A model generated the notes under the pieces. It searched no databases and had not been told where the DNA came from. It was given only the letters and a program-made list of their open reading frames with translations. 64,000 nt of DNA from Ascoidea asiatica JCM 7603. Lineage: Eukaryota > Fungi > Ascomycota. Below are positions 1 through 12,019 of the stretch, one piece after another. How positions within the stretch are numbered: position 1 is the stretch's first letter; each line of letters opens with the position of its first letter. Both the position numbers and the translations under genes were made by a program. Location: positions 703,184 to 767,183 of the forward strand of contig BCKQ01000002.1 in the NCBI GenBank assembly GCA_001600695.1. Reading direction: 5' to 3'.

Positions 1-1
1 A

Positions 2-1372
2 TATGAACAATTAATGAGTGTTTTACCAGCAAGTTCATCACATAATTTACCAAATATATTTCATGATTTAATGAAAAATAAAAATTCAGAAATTATTGAT
101 TTTTATCCAGAAAATTTTGATATTGATATGAATGGAAATTTTCAATCATGGTTAGGTATACCATTATTACCATTTATTGATGAAAATAGATTACTTAAAG
201 CACTTCAAAAAAAATATTTATTATTAAATAAAGATGAACAAAGAAGAAATGAAAATAGAAAAGAAATTATAATGATTAGTGATAAATGTAAATGGTATAA
301 AACTTGGAAAAAAAAATTATATTTAAAAAAACAATTAAATGAAGAAAATAATGAAAATACATTTTCATATAGTTTTGATAGTAAAAAAACTAATTTATGT
401 GGAAGTGTTTGGAAAGTTGAAAATTTTGATATTGAAGATACATTAAAATATCCATTAAGATGTAATGATTCTGAAAATTTATATCCACCAGAAATTATGC
501 AATGTTTATTTTTAAAAACATATTATTCATTTTTTAAAAATCCTAAAAAAGATATTAAAATACCTGGAAAATCAATGTTATTAAATGGATTTATATCATC
601 AAGAAATGAATTAAGTATAGAAGATATTGATAATATTAAATATGGACAAGGATTTACACAAAATAGATTTATTAGAAATTTTAAAATGGGTAATAATGAT
701 AATAATGGTAATAATAATGGTGAAAATTATTTAATTGGACCAGATAAAGAAAAATTGAATATTTATAAAAGTAGAAATGGTGGATATAAAAGTTTTTTAA
801 ATAATAATATTCTTGGAGGAGGTAATCAAGGAATTTTACATAAACAAAATGTTCAAAATATAATTAATAATGCAGGTAATAATTCTGGTGGTAATTTTAG
901 GAATAATAATTATCGTTCTTCCAATAATTATAATCAAGGAAGATCATATAATGGAAATTACAATAATAATAATAATAACAATAATAACCATAATAATCAT
1001 AATAATTTCAATAACAATTACTCAAGAAATAATTACAATAATAATAGCAATAATAATAGAGGACAATCATATCCAAGTAGTAGAACTGGATATATTAAAC
1101 CTAATAATTATGGATCAAATCAAGGAAATTCAAATTATCTGAATAATGGACTGAATAGTAGAGCATTCAATAACAATATGAATAATAATATGAATAATAA
1201 TATCAATAATAATGTATTGAATAATAATGTATCTAATCTTAATGGAACAAATAATAATATATCAAATAATAGTGGAGGAAGTTTCAATAATATAAGTCGA
1301 TTTCTCAGTCAAAATAACAATAACAATAATAATAATAATGGAAATAGTTATAACAACAATAATAATAATTAA
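2..1372 (+). CDS. RAT1: 5'-3' exoribonuclease Rat1/Xrn2, 3' part (5'-truncated by window edge)
   Basis: Frame is open from base 2 (YEQLMSVLPASS...). SEIIDFYPENFDIDMNG...LLPFIDENRLL matches the second conserved Xrn2 block. Ends in an N/G/Y-rich tail. Confidence 0.92.
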   Translation, partial: YEQLMSVLPASSSHNLPNIFHDLMKNKNSEIIDFYPENFDIDMNGNFQSWLGIPLLPFIDENRLLKALQKKYLLLNKDEQRRNENRKEIIMISDKCKWYKTWKKKLYLKKQLNEENNENTFSYSFDSKKTNLCGSVWKVENFDIEDTLKYPLRCNDSENLYPPEIMQCLFLKTYYSFFKNPKKDIKIPGKSMLLNGFISSRNELSIEDIDNIKYGQGFTQNRFIRNFKMGNNDNNGNNNGENYLIGPDKEKLNIYKSRNGGYKSFLNNNILGGGNQGILHKQNVQNIINNAGNNSGGNFRNNNYRSSNNYNQGRSYNGNYNNNNNNNNNHNNHNNFNNNYSRNNYNNNSNNNRGQSYPSSRTGYIKPNNYGSNQGNSNYLNNGLNSRAFNNNMNNNMNNNINNNVLNNNVSNLNGTNNNISNNSGGSFNNISRFLSQNNNNNNNNNGNSYNNNNNN

Positions 1373-2182
1373 AATTAAATTGAATTAAATTGAATTACTC
1401 ATATTTCTATATGATTATCTGTATTATAATATCTGAATTGAATGTTTTTTTCACTTAATGTCAAAGGATTGTTGTAGCTCAGCATTTGTAGAGTATTGAA
1501 TTACTTGTAGAAATTGTTTTTATATTGCATTATATCATAATATATTATATTGTATTATATTGCAGTGGAGTGGATCATGGAGACGAAAATGTGCCAGTTT
1601 CTGGTGGCGGTGGCGAACGAAAATGACTTTTTCTTTGTTTTTGTTTTTGTTTTTTCTTTGTCTTTGCACAGGGCAGAAAAGTTTCTTAGAAGCAGTTACA
1701 CAAATATAAAGAAGAAGAAGAAAAGACACCAGAAACAGAAACAGCAACAGCAAAGATACTAATACCAATACCAATAACAATAACAATAACAATAACAAAA
1801 GTAGTGAGATGAAGATGCTGATAATGATAATAGCCAACAGGATGATAGATAGTGGAAATGTAAACAGCAGAAGCAGCAGAAACTCCATATCTGATACTGG
1901 TCTTGCTACTGAAGCTGCTGTTCCTTTTGTAAAGGCATCAACAGAACCATCATAGATTTATGTTTGCTTCTTCTTCAATTCATTCATTCTTCCTTTCTTC
2001 ATTGAATATCAATAGAAATTTATTCAATTCATTTCAATTCAATAATGAAGAGTTCGAAATATTAGTTATCAATCAAAGAAATAATTCAAGAAATAAATAA
2101 AGAAATAATCAATTGCTAAATATATTATAGCTAATTTATAAATCCTTTCTTTGCATTTGCTTTTTAATAAATTTTTTGCTTA

Positions 2183-3478
2183 ATGAAATTATTTACTTCA
2201 TTTTCAGCTTTTAAAAGCTTAATTATTTTAAATTTAATTTATTCAATTAATGCAAGTTATTTTGTTCAACTTAAATCTCCTTCAACTTTTGAAGCTTTAT
2301 TAAAAACTGATGATAAAGTTAAAGTACTTCATCATATTAGACCTTTAATTAAAAAAGCATTTTCATTTGCAGGTTTTGAAGGTTTCACTGGTGATTTTGA
2401 TTCAGATATTTTACAAAGATTATCAAATAATCCTTTAGTTTCAGAAATTACTCCAGATATTAAAATTAAAGCTTTTGATAATCATGATTTTGAAACTCAA
2501 TCAAAGGCTTCAAGACATTTAGTTAGATTAACTCAAAGAGAAAAAATTTCAAATTCAAATTCAAATTCTAATTCAAATTCAAATTCAAATGAAAATGAAA
2601 ATAATTTAGATTTTTATTATCCTTCTGATTATCAGGGTTCTGGCGTTACTGTTTATATTATTGATACAGGTATAAATTGTGATCATCCTCAATTTCAAGG
2701 TAGATGTCAAAATGCTGGCGATTTTACAAATGAAGGTAATGGTGATTTAAATGGTCATGGTACTCATGTTGCTGGAATTGTTGGTTCAAAATCATATGGT
2801 GTTGCAAAACAAGTTAATATTGTTGAAATGAAAGCTTTAGATAAATCTGGTAGTGGTAGTTTAACTTCAATAATTGCTGGTATTGAAGGTGCTGTAAATC
2901 ATAGAAATGAAAATTCAATTGAAAGAGCAGTAATGAATTTATCTGTTGGTTCTTATAAAAATTCAGTTTTAAATAAAGCAATTGAAGCTGCTGTTTCTTC
3001 TGGTTTTATTGTAATTGCAGCTGCTGGTAATTCAAATTCTGATGCTTGTAATACAAGTCCTGCAAGTGCAAAAAGTGCAATAACTGTTGGTGCAATTGAT
3101 GATAAAACTGATCATCTTGCTTCTTTTTCAAATTGGGGTAGATGTGTAAATATTTTAGCAAGTGGTGTTAAAATTTCAAGTGTTAATGCAAAAGATGGTA
3201 AAATTGATTCAAATATACCTTTAATTTTATCTGGTACTTCAATGGCTGCTCCAATTATTAGTGGTTTAGCAAGTTTATATTTAAGTACTGGTATTGATAT
3301 TAAAGATATTAGAGATAGATTAATTTCAACTGCAACTATTGGTGCTGTTCCAAGATTATCTTTTATTTTAAAACCAATGACACCAAATAAAATTGCTTAT
3401 TTACCTTATGATGATTTTATGGATGAAGTTATTGAACCATACATTTCAAATTCAACTGATTTTGATATTATTCATTAA
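2183..3478 (+). CDS. RRT12: Secreted subtilisin-family (S8) protease, Rrt12/Osw3-like
   Basis: Signal peptide, propeptide, and catalytic motifs IIDTG, HGTHVAG and GTSMAAP. RHLVRL...YYPSDYQG resembles Rrt12. Confidence 0.75.
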   Translation: MKLFTSFSAFKSLIILNLIYSINASYFVQLKSPSTFEALLKTDDKVKVLHHIRPLIKKAFSFAGFEGFTGDFDSDILQRLSNNPLVSEITPDIKIKAFDNHDFETQSKASRHLVRLTQREKISNSNSNSNSNSNSNENENNLDFYYPSDYQGSGVTVYIIDTGINCDHPQFQGRCQNAGDFTNEGNGDLNGHGTHVAGIVGSKSYGVAKQVNIVEMKALDKSGSGSLTSIIAGIEGAVNHRNENSIERAVMNLSVGSYKNSVLNKAIEAAVSSGFIVIAAAGNSNSDACNTSPASAKSAITVGAIDDKTDHLASFSNWGRCVNILASGVKISSVNAKDGKIDSNIPLILSGTSMAAPIISGLASLYLSTGIDIKDIRDRLISTATIGAVPRLSFILKPMTPNKIAYLPYDDFMDEVIEPYISNSTDFDIIH

Positions 3479-3641
3479 AAATACAAGCTAAAATATTTTT
3501 TAATTTAAAAAAAATGAAAGAAATGAAAAAAAAAAAAAAAAAAAAAAAAACTGGAAAAAAAGATAAAAGTAATCCTCTTCATATATTCAAACAACCTAAC
3601 CTATTTCAGTAATTACATACCGTATATAATTAAATTTTTAT

Positions 3642-4568
3642 TTACTTTTCAACAAATATTGCCATTAATGTAAATATACTATAAAATAAAAATAATGGAT
3701 ATGCTGTTAAAAATCTAATATTTTGAAGTTTTAAAGCTAAAACAAAAAATCCACTTGATGAATATGTTGACCAAATTGTACAAAGTATTCCAAATATATA
3801 ACCAAAAAGATTATCTAAACTAATAAAAATACCTAAAAAACTAACAAAAACTAAAGGTAATAAACAATATCCAATTATACTTGCACTTTTTGTAAATTCT
3901 AATTCTTTTGAATTTTTATCAATTTTATCATCAATTTCATTAGATTGTGGATTAATTTGATAATTTCCATACATATCAATATTTGGATTTTGTTGATAAA
4001 TATTTGAATTTGTATTTAAATTAGAATTTGTATCTAAATTTGAATTCCCACTAATATCATGATTTGATGATGCCATTATTTTTAAAAACCAATGTAATGA
4101 TAATGTACCAAATAATCCACATCCATATATATAACCAAAATGAATTTTTCCTGCTAATAATAAAAAAATTCCAAATAATAATACAAAAAAAATTGGTCCT
4201 GCTAAATCAGAATCACTTAAAATTGTTGAATCATTATATATCAGACTTCTTTTTTCTTTATTAATTGGATTTAAAACTGCCATTGTTTTCAGTTTAATAT
4301 GTGTAAAATTAATTTCTAATTCTTCAAGTAATGAAGGTTCACCAGGATATCCAGATGTTGAAAATGCTGCTAATATTCCAGATGATAATTGATTTTCTGA
4401 CATTGAAGCAATATTTGCACTTGATGATGCCATTGGATTATTATAATATTGATTATTCATTGATCCTGATAAATTTGAATTAAATATATTAGGATTTAAT
4501 GGACCTGTTGGTGGTGGTCCCATTCCTGAAACTCCAGGATTAGAATATTGAGGTTGATAAAAACTCAT
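3642..4568 (-). CDS. YIP1: Yip1 ER-Golgi membrane trafficking protein
   Basis: EPSLLEELEINF, DSDLAGP and HFGYIYG motifs; multiple TM helices. Confidence 0.93.
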   Translation of the reverse strand: MSFYQPQYSNPGVSGMGPPPTGPLNPNIFNSNLSGSMNNQYYNNPMASSSANIASMSENQLSSGILAAFSTSGYPGEPSLLEELEINFTHIKLKTMAVLNPINKEKRSLIYNDSTILSDSDLAGPIFFVLLFGIFLLLAGKIHFGYIYGCGLFGTLSLHWFLKIMASSNHDISGNSNLDTNSNLNTNSNIYQQNPNIDMYGNYQINPQSNEIDDKIDKNSKELEFTKSASIIGYCLLPLVFVSFLGIFISLDNLFGYIFGILCTIWSTYSSSGFFVLALKLQNIRFLTAYPLFLFYSIFTLMAIFVEK

Positions 4569-5082
4569 AATTGAAAGTAATTATTTAATTAATCCAGTCC
4601 AATCTAATATTAATCGTATTTTATATATATGTTTATATATATGTTTATATTCAATAATACTTTCAATCTTTTGATAAATGTGGTTTATTAATTCTTCCTT
4701 GAATTATAATCTGTGATAAGCCCTTCATAAATCCTAACGTTAATACATTTGATTTACCCTGTGGACAGCTTCAGTGAATCGCTCACTAACAGTGATCAGT
4801 TCTCTAGTGTTGGCTTTTTGGATGTGCAGGAGATATTGCGCGCAGTACCGCACGCTGAATCCCTTGGTCTTTGTTTACAGTCAAAGTTTATTTCTTCCAG
4901 AGATCTCTGGATTTCAGCGTTCGATTTTTATAAACAAAAGAAACACCTTTATTTTCAGATCATTTACAGTTTGATCAAAGACAATTGTAATTGAGATTGT
5001 AATTGTAACTTATTTAAATATTCTATATTCTATATCCCATAGATATATTTGAGTTCATCGATATATCAAAAGCAGACCAGAA

Positions 5083-7392
5083 ATGGGGCTTCTTCATAAT
5101 ACTTCTCAGTATGATTCAACTCTTGCAATTTCTCCATTGTTAACCGCTTCAACAAGAGCAAATAGAATTATTTCAACTCCAATAAATTCAATCAAGAATA
5201 AAAGTAGACTATTTGGTAGTAAATTGAATTCGGAAATAAATGATTCTTCAATTCCTGGAAACTCGAACTCAAATTCAAATTCAAATTCAAATTCAAGATT
5301 ATCTGATACAAAATTAAATTCTAATGGCGCTTCAAAAGATGAAATTTCATTAATTCAACCTTTATCACAAGCTGATAGATTAAGATTATGGAGACATGAT
5401 GCTTTAACTCAACATCATTATAAAACTGCTGAATTTATTGGTGATAAAATATTAGCACTTACAAATGATCCAAGTGATGCATTTTGGCTTGCTCAAGTTT
5501 ATTTTTCTTCTGGTAATTATATTAGAGCTCATCAATTATTATCAACAAATCAATTATCAAAAAGTATAGCTTGTAGATATTTATCTGCTCTTTCTTTAAC
5601 TAAACTAGATAGATGGGATGATGCTTTAGATGTAATTGGTGAATTTAATCCTTTTAAAAGAGATGACAACTTTCATGTAAAAAATTATGATGGTGGTATA
5701 AAATTAGAAGCTTCAATGTGTTATTTAAGAGGTCAAATTTATGCAAATCAAAATAACTTTGATAGAGCAAAAGAATGTTATAAAGAAGCTGTTCAAGTTG
5801 ATTGTAAATGTTTTGAAGCATTTGATGAATTAATAAGTAATAATTTTTTAACCGCTGAAGAAGAATGGGATTTTATATCTTCTTTAAATTTTGATGATGC
5901 TGATGATAATTCTGAATTAGTAAGATTATTATATATAACAAGATTAAACAAGTATTGTAATATATCTAAATTTGAAGAAGCTCAAATTATACTTAAAGAA
6001 GAATATAATTTATCAAATAATAATGATATTCTTTTATCAAAAGCTGATTTATTATTTATTCAATGTAAATTTCAGCTTTGTGTTGAATTATGTGAAGATA
6101 TACTTAAAACTGATGAATTTAATTTTAAAGTTATGCCAAATTATTTAAGTTGTTTACATGAATTAGGTGCAAAAAATAAACTTTTTTTAATAGCTCATAA
6201 ATTAGCAGAAAATCATCCATCAAATTCAATGACTTGGTTAGCTGTTGGAATTTATTATTTATCAATTAATAGAATTGGTGAAGCAAGAAAATTTTTTTCT
6301 AAAGCTTCTGTAATGAATTCAAATTTTGGTCAAGCATGGATTGGTTTTGCTCATACTTTTGCTGCTGAAGGTGAACATGAACAAGCTATTTCAGCTTATG
6401 CAACTGCTGCAAGATTATTTCCTGGAACTCATTTACCAAATTTATTTTTAGGTATGCAATATTTACAAATGAATAATTTAACTTTATCTGAAGAATATTT
6501 AAATACTTCTTATCATATATGTAATGCAGATCCTTTATTATTAAATGAAATGGGTGTAATATATTATCATAAAAATGATTTAAAAAAAGCTGAACATTTT
6601 TTTTTAAAAGCTTTTAATGCTTCAAAAACTTTAAATTCTGATTCAAAAGCTTGGCTTTCCATTCATGCAAATTTAGGTCATGTTTATAGAAGATTAAATA
6701 TATTTTCAAAAGCTTTAGGTTGTTTTAATGAAGTACTTAAAATTTCTTCAAAAGATGCTAATATTCTTTCTGCAATTGCCTTAGTTTATATGAAAATTGG
6801 TGATGTAGATAAAGCAATTGTTTATCTTCATGATGCTCTTGCTTTATTACCAAATGATCCTGTTGCAAATGATCTAATTAAAAGAGCCTTAGAAGAAAAT
6901 GCTTCAAATCCTCCTGTAATTAAAATAAATCAAAGTTCACAAAAAAGAAGAGGAAATAATGTATTTCAAAATACTAATAAAACAGGAGGACTTTATAATT
7001 CAAGAAATGAAAAATCTAAAGAAAGTCATTTTTCTACAAAAATTATTGAAGAAGATGTTACTTCTGGAAATGATTTTTTTTCAAAAACTACAAAACTTTT
7101 AAATTTAACTAAACCTACATTAAATTATCGAAGGAAAAATAGATTAAGACAATATAAAATACAAGAAGAATTATCATCTAAAGAAGTTATGGGATCTTCT
7201 AATAATGATTCTATTCCAAAAATTAATTTTAACGGATTAACTTCTAATAATAAAGGTGCTGATGGGTTTGCTTTTAGCAATAATAATAATAACTCTTCCG
7301 TAAGTGAGGATATAAAAGCAATTGCTAGAAACTTAATTCAAGGAGAAGATAGTGAAGATGATGAAGATCCTATGGAAATTGAAAGTGATTAA
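5083..7392 (+). CDS. CDC16: APC/C TPR subunit Cdc16/Apc6
   Basis: RLRLWRHDAL...HHYKTAEFIGDK, AWIGFAHTFAAEGEHEQAISAY and TPR repeats. Confidence 0.95.
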   Translation: MGLLHNTSQYDSTLAISPLLTASTRANRIISTPINSIKNKSRLFGSKLNSEINDSSIPGNSNSNSNSNSNSRLSDTKLNSNGASKDEISLIQPLSQADRLRLWRHDALTQHHYKTAEFIGDKILALTNDPSDAFWLAQVYFSSGNYIRAHQLLSTNQLSKSIACRYLSALSLTKLDRWDDALDVIGEFNPFKRDDNFHVKNYDGGIKLEASMCYLRGQIYANQNNFDRAKECYKEAVQVDCKCFEAFDELISNNFLTAEEEWDFISSLNFDDADDNSELVRLLYITRLNKYCNISKFEEAQIILKEEYNLSNNNDILLSKADLLFIQCKFQLCVELCEDILKTDEFNFKVMPNYLSCLHELGAKNKLFLIAHKLAENHPSNSMTWLAVGIYYLSINRIGEARKFFSKASVMNSNFGQAWIGFAHTFAAEGEHEQAISAYATAARLFPGTHLPNLFLGMQYLQMNNLTLSEEYLNTSYHICNADPLLLNEMGVIYYHKNDLKKAEHFFLKAFNASKTLNSDSKAWLSIHANLGHVYRRLNIFSKALGCFNEVLKISSKDANILSAIALVYMKIGDVDKAIVYLHDALALLPNDPVANDLIKRALEENASNPPVIKINQSSQKRRGNNVFQNTNKTGGLYNSRNEKSKESHFSTKIIEEDVTSGNDFFSKTTKLLNLTKPTLNYRRKNRLRQYKIQEELSSKEVMGSSNNDSIPKINFNGLTSNNKGADGFAFSNNNNNSSVSEDIKAIARNLIQGEDSEDDEDPMEIESD

Positions 7393-7795
7393 AAAAAAAA
7401 AAAAAAAATAGAAATGTTAATTATTCATAACTGTAAGTTGCTAGTTATTGATATTAATCTACATGGATACTGGATAATAAAGATGAAATCGATTCAGGAA
7501 AATTTTTAGTTTTTATTAATTGTTTATTAAGGTTGAACATGAACAGAGCATGTTCTTTTTTTAACAATATTAAAAAGAAAGTATGCGTTGGTAAGCTATT
7601 AAAAATAACAGAATGAAGGACGTAAGGAATTTCAAAGCATAAAAGAATTAGGGAAATTAAGTTAAACCAAAGCAGTATTTAAGAGAGAAAAAAGAAGAAA
7701 AACCAATATATATAATTTAAATACGTGAAAAAACTGATTTTTGATCCTTTTTATATTGACTATTTATTTATATTTTTATTTTTATTATTAACAAT

Positions 7796-9334
7796 TTATT
7801 CGTCTAAATCAGAGAAACTTCTCCAACCTTCTCTTACTAATTCCCATTCTCTCATATCTTTTTCATCAGTTTTTTTCTTTTCTTTTTCAACAATCACATA
7901 TTTTTCCCATTTTCCTCTAAATTTCCATATAATTATAATAGAATCTTCTCCTGACCAACCAAATACAGCTCTATCAGTTATTTTATTATTATAATTGAGT
8001 CCATCATTAAATTTATCTATATTTGGCATTAAATTTGATTTTTTATTTGAATCATATAAAGAAGAAGTTGTTGAAACTTCATTTAAATGACAAGATACAA
8101 AACTCCAGGTAGAATTAAAATAACTTGGTAAAAATGGCATATTTTTAAATAAATGAGATTTATTATTATTATCAATTGAATTATTATTAATATTATGAGA
8201 AGAAAGGTTTAATAAACTTGTACCAATTATTGAATTTTGATTTTTTAAAATTTGACTATTACCAAAAATATTAAAAATATGTAAAGTTTGTTTATCAGAA
8301 ATAACAGCAAGTTTTGAACCATTTGGAGAAAATTTCATTGAATATATAATTGCTCTATCAAGACCTCTTCTAAATTCATAAAGTAAAGTACAATTAGTTG
8401 TTGAATGTATTCTTATTATTGTTCCAGTTTCAGAAGCTGAAGCTATCATTGTTCCAGTTTTATTTAAAGCTAAGCATCTAATTTTTGATTTATGAGCTTT
8501 TATTATTGAAACTAAATTACGTTCTTGACCAACAGGTGAAACATCAACAATTTGAATTTGACCTTGTTGTCGACTTGGAAAAGCTAATATTTCATTGGCA
8601 GTTGCACTTGAAGAATTTTGATAAGAATGAGTTGAATGATTAGAATGATTAGAATGAGTTTTTTGATTAGAAGTAATATTATTTTTATCATTATTTTTTT
8701 TTGGAGAAGTTTTTGAACCTGAAGTTAAAGAAGCACCAGTTGATAAAGAATTTGATAAATCTGCAATACCAAAAGGATTTTTAATTGTTTCATAACTTGC
8801 AATTTTCTTAGGTGGAGAACTAAAAGCATAAACATAAATATGAGTTTCAGAAACAATTATAATTCTAATTCTTGATAAAAATACATTTAAAACAGGACTC
8901 ATAAATTCTAAAATTAATGAATTTTTTTTTTTTAAATCATCATAAATTATAACTTTATTAATTGGAAATTTTGGATTTTTACCACCTCCTATTAAAGCTA
9001 AGAAATTAGTTCTATGTAACATCGCTATATAACCTATTCCAGATTGTATGATTTTATTATTATTATTATTGTTATTATTATTATTTTTAGTTTTACTATT
9101 ATTATCATTATTATTAATATTGTTGTTTTTGTTGTTATCTTTATTGCTATTATTATTTGAAGATTTTTTTGAAAAGTTTCTTTTGACTCTTAATACCATT
9201 GGATCAGCATTATAGACTCTAAAACCATTTTCATGACCAATTGCAAAACAATCTTGATCTTGATTGAAAGTTGCACATAATAATTTTGGTTCAGTACTTG
9301 GTTTTAAATCACTTATTACAGCTCTTGTATTCAT
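7796..9334 (-). CDS. HSV2: PROPPIN WD40 phosphoinositide-binding protein Hsv2 (WIPI3/4-like)
   Basis: FNQDQDCFA, GGGKNPKFP and GTIIRIHST...EFRRGLDRA (FRRG motif). Confidence 0.88.
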   Translation of the reverse strand: MNTRAVISDLKPSTEPKLLCATFNQDQDCFAIGHENGFRVYNADPMVLRVKRNFSKKSSNNNSNKDNNKNNNINNNDNNSKTKNNNNNNNNNNKIIQSGIGYIAMLHRTNFLALIGGGKNPKFPINKVIIYDDLKKKNSLILEFMSPVLNVFLSRIRIIIVSETHIYVYAFSSPPKKIASYETIKNPFGIADLSNSLSTGASLTSGSKTSPKKNNDKNNITSNQKTHSNHSNHSTHSYQNSSSATANEILAFPSRQQGQIQIVDVSPVGQERNLVSIIKAHKSKIRCLALNKTGTMIASASETGTIIRIHSTTNCTLLYEFRRGLDRAIIYSMKFSPNGSKLAVISDKQTLHIFNIFGNSQILKNQNSIIGTSLLNLSSHNINNNSIDNNNKSHLFKNMPFLPSYFNSTWSFVSCHLNEVSTTSSLYDSNKKSNLMPNIDKFNDGLNYNNKITDRAVFGWSGEDSIIIIWKFRGKWEKYVIVEKEKKKTDEKDMREWELVREGWRSFSDLDE

Positions 9335-10048
9335 TTGGATATTGATTTTAGTATTTTCTTAGTTTTCTTTTCTTCCGATTTTGTTTGATTATGATTATTG
9401 AATATATAAGAAATTAATGAAATGATTCAATATAAAAGTATGTGATACAGTAGTACTTTGGTAATTTTGGTAATATTTGATCCGTTTAAAATTCTTTGAA
9501 GAGATGGAATCAAGGTATAAATAAGTAAAGAAGATATTGAAGTTTTTTTTTAAGAAAGTGATGAAACGAAAGATTAAAAGACAAATTTTCGAAAATAGAT
9601 AATATTATTTGAAAGCAAATATAAAGATAAATGGATATTTAACAGAAAAGGATGTAGAAATTGCTGAGTATGAAAATAAACTCCTATCGATAAGGCTGAT
9701 GGAACCCAATAAATGCAATATGTAAATAAATAAATAATAATGTATTTTGAATATTGCACTCATAACTCACCACGACGAGAGCAATCCGGGAGCAGCTTCG
9801 GGATATTGCTGAAACTGGCAATTATAAAGGAGCAAGTTATAAAATTACACGTGATATTTCTGGAATTGGATTGCTAAACCGGAACTCGTTTCTACTGGCT
9901 TATGTCATACTTCTTATGTCATAAATATATATTTCATTATATTTCATTATATTTCAAATACATTTAATGAAAACTAATATACATTTGGATTATTCACAAG
10001 ACAGAAACTATTCACTGGAGCTACTATATTCAAATGATCTCAAACCAT

Positions 10049-12019
10049 TTAAGCATTGGTTTTATTGGCAGATTCTCCCATCAATTCCACTACTCTTTCA
10101 ATGTTTTCTGATTTCATTGCGCAACATGGAACTATTTTCCAATTATTTGAGTCTGCAAATTCTTTTAATTTTAAAAATCTTGTTTGAGTATTTTCAATAT
10201 CTGCTTTAGTTGCTATGATTAAAACTTTTTTATTTTCCATTCTTGATTCACCTAATTCATTAATTAATAATTTTAAATCATCAATTGGATTCTTAGATTC
10301 TAAAGATATAACAAATACTAAACCTAATGATCTTTCAACATGTCTTAAAAAATCTAATCCCATACCTTTACCTTCAGATGAAGCTCCTTTAATAATACCT
10401 GGAATATCAGCAACTGTAAATGAAGGTTTATTAATTCCAAGAGAAATTGTACCAATTGTTGGTTCTAAAGTGGTAAACTCCCAATGTCCAACTTTTGGTC
10501 TCGCTTTTGAAATTGCTCTTAATAATGTTGATTTTCCTGCATTTGGTAATCCAACTAATCCTAAATCTGCTAATAATTTTAATTCAAATACAAATCCTTG
10601 TTCTAATCCATTTCTACCAATTTTACAAAATCTTGGATTTCTAATATTATTTGTTAAAAAATGTATATTACCTAAACCTCCTTTACCACCTTTTAAAATT
10701 AATATTGGTTTTTTTGTAGGTTTATTAAGATCTAATCCAACAATTGGAAAAATATCCGAATTTAATTCATCAGTTTCTATACTTCTATCATAATTCATTA
10801 CTTTTTTTCTTAATGATATAAACCAACCTTTATCTAAATGATATTCTTCATCTTTTTCTTTAAAAATCCATCCTTTACCAATAGTATATGAGTCTCTAAA
10901 AAATTGAATATATTTTGGTTTTAAATCATTTAAATTTGATCCAAATGCTTTAATATTTATTGATTCATCATAAAATTCATTATCATTATTGTTTTTTTTT
11001 TTTTGATCTTTAACTAATTTAACATCTGGTATCCATCTAATTATAGTTCCAACAGGTACTGTTAAAATAACATCATTACCATCTGATCCATCTAATTGTT
11101 TTTTAAATCCATTTTTTCCATTTTGTGCTTCATATCCACTTTTAAGTTTATGTAAAGAATTTAAACCTTCAATTGCTTGAACATAAATTGATCCTCCATT
11201 ACCACCATTTCCACCATCTGGTGGTCCAATTGATCTACCTGCATCTCTAAAAAATGATACACATCCATCACCTCCTTTACCAGATTTAAGTCTAATAAAT
11301 TTAATATCTGAAAAAGTTTGTGCAGTTGTTGAATTTGGTCTTTTTTTATAAGATAAATGTGACCATGGTGAAGATTTTAATTTTGAAAATTGTTTTAATG
11401 GAATTTTTAAATCAATTAAATTATCTTGATCAACACCTTGATATATATATTTTAGTGAATATAAATTATCATCTTTGATTTTTTTTAAAACTGGTGCTTC
11501 ATTCATTTCATTATTATCTATATTATTTTCATTACTACTAAAATCATCAAATGATTTTAAATTATCATATTGATCAAATGATTCATTATTATGTCTGTCT
11601 AAATCATTTTCATAATCATTTTCATAATCAGTTTGTAAGATTGGTTCCAATTTATCAGATATTAAATTTTCATTTATTTTTCCTTCAAATCTTTGAAATT
11701 CTCCAGATTCTATAGAATCTTGTAAAGTTTCTCTATCAAGAGATGATAACCAACTTTCATTTTCAGTTGCAGTAGGTGACCAATCAACTGGATCTTTATT
11801 AATAGGTTCATTTAAGTCATTATTAATTTTTTTTTTTAATTTGCTTTTTTTATTACCATTGGTGAATCTTCGTATAAAATCCAATGAGTTTATTGAACTT
11901 ATTGAACTTATTGAATTTATTGAATTTATTGAAGAATATTTGCTTAAGTTAAAACCATTGTGAAATTTAAAAGACTTCAATACAACCCGAGTTAAGATAT
12001 GGTTTATATTTGCATTCAT
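10049..12019 (-). CDS. MTG2: Mitochondrial Obg-family GTPase Mtg2
   Basis: Gly-rich Obg fold (SGKGGDG, GPPDGGNGG), G1 GLPNAGKS, G2 FTTLEP, G3 DIPG; presequence-like N-terminus. Confidence 0.92.
   Translation of the reverse strand: MNANINHILTRVVLKSFKFHNGFNLSKYSSINSINSISSISSINSLDFIRRFTNGNKKSKLKKKINNDLNEPINKDPVDWSPTATENESWLSSLDRETLQDSIESGEFQRFEGKINENLISDKLEPILQTDYENDYENDLDRHNNESFDQYDNLKSFDDFSSNENNIDNNEMNEAPVLKKIKDDNLYSLKYIYQGVDQDNLIDLKIPLKQFSKLKSSPWSHLSYKKRPNSTTAQTFSDIKFIRLKSGKGGDGCVSFFRDAGRSIGPPDGGNGGNGGSIYVQAIEGLNSLHKLKSGYEAQNGKNGFKKQLDGSDGNDVILTVPVGTIIRWIPDVKLVKDQKKKNNNDNEFYDESINIKAFGSNLNDLKPKYIQFFRDSYTIGKGWIFKEKDEEYHLDKGWFISLRKKVMNYDRSIETDELNSDIFPIVGLDLNKPTKKPILILKGGKGGLGNIHFLTNNIRNPRFCKIGRNGLEQGFVFELKLLADLGLVGLPNAGKSTLLRAISKARPKVGHWEFTTLEPTIGTISLGINKPSFTVADIPGIIKGASSEGKGMGLDFLRHVERSLGLVFVISLESKNPIDDLKLLINELGESRMENKKVLIIATKADIENTQTRFLKLKEFADSNNWKIVPCCAMKSENIERVVELMGESANKTNA

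Noticed and set aside
1535-1888. Overlapping short ORFs between RAT1 and RRT12
   Set aside because: Built from hexamer and trinucleotide microsatellites, with no recognisable domain; more likely promoter DNA
10215-10793. 192-aa antisense ORF inside MTG2 (similar cases in PTR3, UNG1 and the GPI gene)
   Set aside because: Antisense shadows produced by the biased codon usage of the real genes
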